Shown in pieces: positions 25,339-32,000 of a stretch of 32,000 nt of DNA. The DNA is taken from the NCBI GenBank assembly GCA_000091165.1, contig FP565575.1, positions 2,430,001 through 2,462,000 of the forward strand, written 5' to 3'. Numbering within the stretch: the first letter of the stretch is position 1; every line of letters begins with the position of its first letter. The notes beneath the pieces were generated by a model. It saw only the letters and a list, made by a program, of their open reading frames with translations, searched no databases and was not told the DNA's origin. The stretch is from Candidatus Methylomirabilis oxygeniifera. GTDB taxonomy: Bacteria; Methylomirabilota; Methylomirabilia; Methylomirabilales; Methylomirabilaceae. A program made the translations under genes and the position numbers.

Positions 25339-26325
25339 ATGCCGAAGGATCGGGTTTTGAGCGGGATGAGACCGACGGGTCGGCTCCACCTGGGCCATCT
25401 GTTCGGGGCGTTAGACAACTGGCGCCGACTACAGGAAGCGTATGAATGCTTCTTTTTCGTAGCCGACTGGCATGCACTGACGACTGAGTACGCAGACACA
25501 AAGAGCATTCGGGACAATATCTGCGAGATGGCCCTGGATATGCTGGCAGCCGGGATCGATCCCTCGAAGGCAACCCTTTTTCTACAATCTCGGCTTCACG
25601 AACATGCGGAGCTGTACCTGTTGCTGTCGATGATTACACCGGTCCCCTGGCTGGAGCGAAATCCGACGTACAAGGAGCAACAGCAAGAGCTCACCACGAA
25701 AGATCTCAGTACCCATGGGTTTCTGGGGTACCCGGTTCTCATGGCCTCGGACATACTCATTTACAAGGCCAATCATGTGCCGGTCGGGATCGATCAGGTG
25801 CCCCATCTGGAGTTGGCCAGAGAGATCGCGCGCCGATTCAATGCGCTGTACGGTGAGGTGCTCGTTGAGCCGCAGCCCCTTCTGACAGAGTTTGCGAAGG
25901 TTCCCGGCACCGACGGCCGCAAGATGAGCAAGAGTTACGGGAACGCCGTCTTTCTGTCCGATTCGCCCGAGCAGGTGGCCGCAAAGATCAAGCCGATGGT
26001 GACGGACCCGGCTCGGGTGCGCCGGCGTGATCCCGGTAATCCTGATGTCTGCCCGGTCTTCGACCTGCACAAGATCTTCACTCCAAAGGCGGAGCGGGAC
26101 ACCGTCATCGATCCCGGCTGTCGGACGGCAGGGATCGGATGTCTGGACTGCAAGGGCGTCTTGCTCCAGCATATGCTTCCCGCACTACGTCCTATCTACG
26201 AGCGGCGTCAGGATCTGGCGGCTCGCCCGGAGATTGTCCAGGAGGTCCTGGAGGACGGGTGGGCCAGGGCCAAGAAGGTGGCAGGAGAGACCTTGTCAGA
26301 GGTCAGGGCTGCGATGCATATGTAA
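25339..26325 (+). CDS. trpS: Tryptophan--tRNA ligase
   Basis: SGMRPTGRLHLGHLFG (HIGH-type motif), VPVGIDQVPHLELAREIARRFN and KMSKS. Length 328 aa. Confidence 0.9.
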   Translation: MPKDRVLSGMRPTGRLHLGHLFGALDNWRRLQEAYECFFFVADWHALTTEYADTKSIRDNICEMALDMLAAGIDPSKATLFLQSRLHEHAELYLLLSMITPVPWLERNPTYKEQQQELTTKDLSTHGFLGYPVLMASDILIYKANHVPVGIDQVPHLELAREIARRFNALYGEVLVEPQPLLTEFAKVPGTDGRKMSKSYGNAVFLSDSPEQVAAKIKPMVTDPARVRRRDPGNPDVCPVFDLHKIFTPKAERDTVIDPGCRTAGIGCLDCKGVLLQHMLPALRPIYERRQDLAARPEIVQEVLEDGWARAKKVAGETLSEVRAAMHM

Positions 26326-26371
26326 CATCAGCATTCAGCTAATACCTGATGGCTGATAGCTGATCTCTTGA

Positions 26372-27844
<1,473 letters not shown>

Positions 27845-28000
27845 CGCGCGTTTATCGCGTCATTGCGTTGACGCGTTTATATACTTCTGGTAGCTACTCC
27901 ACCTCACACTCGAATGGGTCGTTAGACTCCCCGCAAACACAACAAACGCAATAGACGCAAGAAATACAAGAAACGTAGTACGTAACCAACGCATGAGTGT

Positions 28001-29533
28001 ATGAATAAAATTCTCATCCTCGATTTCGGTTCGCAGTACACGCAGTTGATCGCCCGACGCGTCCGTGAACTGGGTGTCTACTGCGAGATCCATCCGTTCG
28101 ACCTGCCGCTAGACAACATCAAGGCGTTTAATCCAAAGGGGATCATTCTTTCCGGTAGTCCGGCCAGTGTCTACCAGCCGGACGCTCCCCTGTGCCGGCG
28201 CGAGATCATCGAGCAGGGCGTACCGGTCCTCGGGATCTGCTACGGGATGGGGGTGCTTGGACACTTCTATGGTGCCGTCTCGACCCGGGCAGCCAACCGA
28301 GAATATGGCCGGGCATCTCTGACGATCGACGACGATTCCGATCTCTTTGCCGGCCTCAACAATGGGCTCACTGTCTGGATGAGCCACGGCGACAAGCTTG
28401 AGGCGATGCCAGACACGTTTCGTCGCCTGGCCCACACGGCGAACGCGCCGTTTGCCGCGATTCGCCATCGAACCCAGCCGCTCTTTGCGGTCCAGTTTCA
28501 CCCGGAAGTTGCTCATACTGACAGCGGGAAGGCGATCCTCGGGAATTTTCTGTTCAAGGTCTGCGGCTGCGCCCACGATTGGGAGATGCATTCCTTCGCC
28601 GAGATGGCCATCGATCGGATTCGGCGTCGGGTGGGGGATCAGAGGGTGCTCTGCGCCCTGAGCGGGGGCGTCGACTCTTCGGTTGTCGCGCTGTTGGTTC
28701 ACCGGGCGATCGGTCCGAAGCTCACCTGCGTCTTCGTCGATAACGGTCTGCTCCGAAAGGGGGAAGCCGCCCAGGTGGAACAGGCCATGGGCGAGCACTT
28801 GGGCGTTCACCTGGTCTCGGTTGACGCGAGAGAACGATTCCTGACCCGGCTCAAAGGGATCATCGATCCGGAAGAGAAGCGGAAGATTATCGGTGCGGAG
28901 TTCATCGCCGTCTTTGAGGAAGAGTCCCGGCGGCTGGGGCGGTTCGACTTCCTCGCCCAAGGGACCCTCTACCCGGATGTCATCGAGAGCGTGTCGGTCA
29001 AGGGGCCTTCAGTCACCATCAAATCCCATCACAACGTGGGAGGCCTGCCGGAGCAGTTCGATTTTGAGTTGCTGGAGCCTTTGCGAGAGCTGTTCAAGGA
29101 TGAGGTGCGAGAGCTTGGACGAGAGCTCGGGCTGCCGGATGCCATTCTCTGGCGCCAGCCGTTCCCGGGGCCTGGCCTGGCTGTCAGAATTATCGACGAG
29201 ATAACGCAGGCGCGGCTGGACCTGCTCAGAGAGGCCGATGCCATCGTCGAGGCGGAGATCACTCGAGCGAAGCTGAATCGCGAATTATGGCAAGCGTTTG
29301 CCGTCCTGTTACCGATCAAAACGGTGGGGGTCATGGGCGATGAGCGGACATATGAGCATGTCGTCGCCATCCGGGCCGTCACCAGCCTCGACGGGATGAC
29401 GGCTGATTGGGCGCGGTTGCCGCATGACCTGCTCCAGGCGATCAGTAGCCGGATCATAAGTGAGGTCAAGGGGGTCAACCGCGTCGTCTACGACATCTCC
29501 TCCAAGCCCCCCAGCACCATCGAGTGGGAATAA
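28001..29533 (+). CDS. guaA: GMP synthase (glutamine-hydrolysing)
   Basis: [25 protein letters not shown] (GATase catalytic Cys), VQFHPEV, the ATP-PPase P-loop [10 protein letters not shown], and the C-terminal [10 protein letters not shown]. Confidence 0.95.
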   Translation: MNKILILDFGSQYTQLIARRVRELGVYCEIHPFDLPLDNIKAFNPKGIILSGSPASVYQPDAPLCRREIIEQGVPVLGICYGMGVLGHFYGAVSTRAANREYGRASLTIDDDSDLFAGLNNGLTVWMSHGDKLEAMPDTFRRLAHTANAPFAAIRHRTQPLFAVQFHPEVAHTDSGKAILGNFLFKVCGCAHDWEMHSFAEMAIDRIRRRVGDQRVLCALSGGVDSSVVALLVHRAIGPKLTCVFVDNGLLRKGEAAQVEQAMGEHLGVHLVSVDARERFLTRLKGIIDPEEKRKIIGAEFIAVFEEESRRLGRFDFLAQGTLYPDVIESVSVKGPSVTIKSHHNVGGLPEQFDFELLEPLRELFKDEVRELGRELGLPDAILWRQPFPGPGLAVRIIDEITQARLDLLREADAIVEAEITRAKLNRELWQAFAVLLPIKTVGVMGDERTYEHVVAIRAVTSLDGMTADWARLPHDLLQAISSRIISEVKGVNRVVYDISSKPPSTIEWE

Positions 29534-29593
29534 AAATAGGGTCTAGGGTTTAGGGTACAGGTCATAAGAGGCAACGCCGAGGCAGGGCAGAAG

Positions 29594-29913
29594 ATGATTA
29601 GCGAGCAGGTATTGAATCAAGCCCGGATCGTCTGGTCGCTCAATTTAAGCCCCACCGGATCATTCTCTTTGGCTCACAAGCGCGGGGGACTGCGGATGAG
29701 CGGAGTGACGTCGATCTCTTGGTGGTCTGCCAGTTTACGGGCAGCCGCCGGTCACTGATGGTAGCCATGGACCGGGCGCTTTCCGGGTTAGAGTTTGCGC
29801 GCGACGTGGTGATCCTTACCCCTGAGGAGTTTGAGCGTGACCGCTATATTCCTGGTACCGTGGCTCGCCCAGCCTTCCTGGAAGGAAGGGTGCTGTATGA
29901 GCATCCCGGATGA
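29594..29913 (+). pseudogene. Nucleotidyltransferase-domain (MNT-type antitoxin) gene with a frameshift
   Basis: ATG 29594 gives MISEQVLNQARIV. The homologous sequence then continues in the +2 frame (one nucleotide missing) from about 29632 as LVAQFKPHRIILFGSQARGTADERSDVDLLVVCQFTG...VILTPEEFERDR...RVLYE. That frame has an upstream stop at 29599-29601 and no ATG/GTG/TTG start upstream of the GS..D.D motif (nearest: TTG 29719). Confidence 0.6.
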
Positions 29914-30068
29914 AGAGATTCGTCAAAAGGTGAACCAATGAAAGAGAGCGATTAGCATCATAAATGGGTCGAGTGGAGCGAAGAGGATCACACGCATATT
30001 GGGAAGTACCCTGATTTGATTTCTGTCGGCCAGCGCCTCGCAACGCTACCATGGGTACGGGGTTACCG

Positions 30069-30386
30069 ATGCACGAGATCGTACAAAACCGGAAGGAAGT
30101 CCTCGAACGCCTGAAATCAGCCGAGGCCGCAATCCGTGCGCTGGGAGTTCGGCGACTGGCGCTCTTTGGATCGTTTGTTCGAGAAACGGCGTCGCTCGAA
30201 AGCGATGTCGATGTTTTGGTCGAGTTCGAGCCAGAACGCAAAACATATGACCGATTTCTCGATCTCTCGGAACTCCTGGAGCGCCTGCTTGGACGTCGGG
30301 TTGAGATCGTGACGACCGAGTCGCTGAGTCCTTATCTTGGTGCTTACATCCTTTCCGAGGCCAGAGATGTCATTCGAGCCGCTTGA
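30069..30386 (+). CDS. MntA-type nucleotidyltransferase antitoxin
   Basis: [25 protein letters not shown] (GSxxR...SDxDxLV). Size about 105 aa, paired with the downstream DUF86 gene. Confidence 0.8.
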   Translation: MHEIVQNRKEVLERLKSAEAAIRALGVRRLALFGSFVRETASLESDVDVLVEFEPERKTYDRFLDLSELLERLLGRRVEIVTTESLSPYLGAYILSEARDVIRAA

Positions 30387-30729
30387 GTACCTGCGTCACA
30401 TCCTGATCGAGGCAGACTATCTGGTCGAGCAGTGCGTATCGCTCAGCAAGGAGCAATTACTGGCCGACGAGACCTTACGCCGGGCGTTTGTACGCAGTCT
30501 GGAGATCATTGGTGAGGCTGCTAAGAAAGTGCCCGATGCGTTTCGTGAGCAACATCCGGAGGTAGAATGGCGGGCAATGGCCGGCATGCGCGACCGGCTG
30601 ATTCACGGGTACTTCGGTGTGGATTACGAGCTTGTGTGGGATGCCGTAAAGAACAAAGTGCCCGCGTTAAGGGGGCAAATCGGAAACATCCTCCGCGATG
30701 CGGATAGCCGTTCCACTTCTTCAGGCTGA
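30367..30729 (+). CDS. HepT-type (DUF86, HEPN-fold) toxin
   Basis: [25 protein letters not shown], and the Rx4HxY motif in [20 protein letters not shown] 30367 overlaps the MntA gene by 20 nt. Confidence 0.8.
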   Translation: MSFEPLEYLRHILIEADYLVEQCVSLSKEQLLADETLRRAFVRSLEIIGEAAKKVPDAFREQHPEVEWRAMAGMRDRLIHGYFGVDYELVWDAVKNKVPALRGQIGNILRDADSRSTSSG

Positions 30730-30803
30730 CGCAGAAACGACGCAGCTGAGCTTAGGCAAGAACACTACTCCCTAGACCATACGCCCTGATTTTCGGAGGC
30801 ATA

Positions 30804-32000
30804 ATGCACCATTCCGATTTCGTCCATCTGCACGTTCATACTCAGTATAGCCTCCTGGATGGGGCCTGCTCCCTGGAGACGCTGGTGGCCAAGGCGAAGG
30901 AGTATAAGATGCCCGCCTTGGCCATGACCGATCACGGCAACCTCTTCGGGGCGATCGACTTTTACACCCTGGCGATGAAGGAAGGGATAAAGCCGATCAT
31001 CGGCAGTGAGGTGTATATTGCCCCCGGCAGCCGTTTCGAGAAGTCCAATCAGGACAGCGGCTACGAAGGTGCCAGCCACATCACCCTGCTGGCCAAGGAC
31101 CAGGTCGGCTATCGGAATTTGATGAAGCTGGTGTCGGCCGGCTATCTGGAGGGGTTCTACTATAAGCCGCGAATCGACCGGGAGCTGTTCGCCCAACATT
31201 GTCAAGGCCTCATTGCCCTCTCCGGCTGCCTGAACAGCGAGGCGGCCAAAGCGCTGCTGGATGGGGACGAGGCGCGGGCCAAGGAGACTGTCGGTTGGTA
31301 CATGGATGCGCTGGGGCGCGAGAACTACTTTTTGGAGGTTCAGAACCACGGGATAGCGGAGCAGAAGACAGTCACTGACGGAGTCCTGCGGCTCGCCAAA
31401 GCATTCGACCTGCCGATTGTCGCCACCAACGACCTGCACTATCCCAGCAAAGAAGACGCGCGCGCCCATGAGGTGCTGCTCTGCATCCAGACCGGGAAGA
31501 CGATTCAGGACAAGGATCGCTGGCGCTTTTCCACCGATCAGTTCTACTTCAAATCGGCGGCGGAGATGAAGCAGATCTTTGCCGAGCTGCCGGAGGCGGT
31601 CAGGAACACCATTACTGTGGCCGAGCGGTGCAACCTCCAGCTCCAGTTCGGGCAGCTTCGCCTGCCCCGGTATCAGGTACCCGAAGGCCAGACCCTCGAG
31701 TCCTACCTGGCCCATCTGGCCTGGGAGGGACTGAAGATCCGATACCCGGACGCGAATGTCGAGGTTGAAGCGCGCCTGAAGTACGAGCTGGACGTTATCC
31801 AGAAGACCGGTTTCTCCGGTTACTTCCTGGTGGTCTGGGACTTCATCAAGTTCGCCAAAGATCGAGGGATCTCGGTCGGCCCCGGCCGTGGCTCCGCGGC
31901 CGCCTCGCTGGTCGCCTATTGCCTCAACATTACAAATATCGATCCGCTCCGGTACGGCCTGATCTTTGAGCGATTCCTGAACCCCGAACGGATTAGTATG
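30804..32000 (+). CDS. dnaE: DNA polymerase III alpha subunit, N-terminal part (3' partial; runs off the window)
   Basis: [54 protein letters not shown]... is the PHP domain typical of DnaE. GGAGG lies 4 nt upstream of the ATG. The frame is open for 399 codons to the window end, which is why it is missing from the ORF track. Confidence 0.9.
   Translation, partial: MHHSDFVHLHVHTQYSLLDGACSLETLVAKAKEYKMPALAMTDHGNLFGAIDFYTLAMKEGIKPIIGSEVYIAPGSRFEKSNQDSGYEGASHITLLAKDQVGYRNLMKLVSAGYLEGFYYKPRIDRELFAQHCQGLIALSGCLNSEAAKALLDGDEARAKETVGWYMDALGRENYFLEVQNHGIAEQKTVTDGVLRLAKAFDLPIVATNDLHYPSKEDARAHEVLLCIQTGKTIQDKDRWRFSTDQFYFKSAAEMKQIFAELPEAVRNTITVAERCNLQLQFGQLRLPRYQVPEGQTLESYLAHLAWEGLKIRYPDANVEVEARLKYELDVIQKTGFSGYFLVVWDFIKFAKDRGISVGPGRGSAAASLVAYCLNITNIDPLRYGLIFERFLNPERISM

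Noticed and set aside
29540-29566. Telomere-like TAGGGTTTAGGG string after guaA
   Set aside because: It amounts to one unit plus a partial one, with no tandem array. It is most likely coincidental.
30765-31715. 316-aa minus-strand ORF
   Set aside because: It lies antisense to an unmistakable DnaE PHP-domain reading frame on the + strand ([15 protein letters not shown]...). Its translation is low-complexity GC-shadow sequence.

Overview
GC-rich bacterial chromosomal segment; no taxon can be assigned from sequence alone. Layout from 5' to 3':
(1) A partial ArsR-family regulator gene, followed by a compact six-gene cluster related to group-4 [NiFe] hydrogenases and complex I (388-7775). Its large subunit has lost all four Ni-Fe cysteine ligands, which matches an Ehr-like, non-hydrogenase complex.
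(2) An intergenic tract rich in REP-like hairpins (about 7823-8215).
(3) A visibly lower-GC segment of about 8.9 kb (8237-17171), bracketed by 21-bp imperfect direct repeats. It carries pyrF with its own sigma70-like promoter, an IS1-family transposase remnant, and a tightly packed minus-strand operon. The operon encodes a 1003-aa PHP-domain/ABC-SMC-like ATPase, a type III-like Mod methyltransferase and a type III-like Res helicase-nuclease. This is the best candidate for an unusual defence system in the window.
(4) A regulatory block: a HAMP histidine kinase, a sigma54-dependent response regulator, a 31-codon bS22-like micro-ORF absent from the ORF track, and an ECF sigma / zf-HC2 anti-sigma / Spy-CpxP-like triad. 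These are followed by a textbook terminator and a decayed IS4-family transposase.
(5) Housekeeping genes: a cca-like gene, an M50 protease gene, trpS, guaB and guaA.
(6) Decayed toxin-antitoxin fragments next to an intact MntA/HepT pair.
(7) The 5' part of dnaE.
No rRNA gene, tRNA gene or CRISPR array was seen. Many long ORFs in the track are antisense or GC-shadow artefacts.
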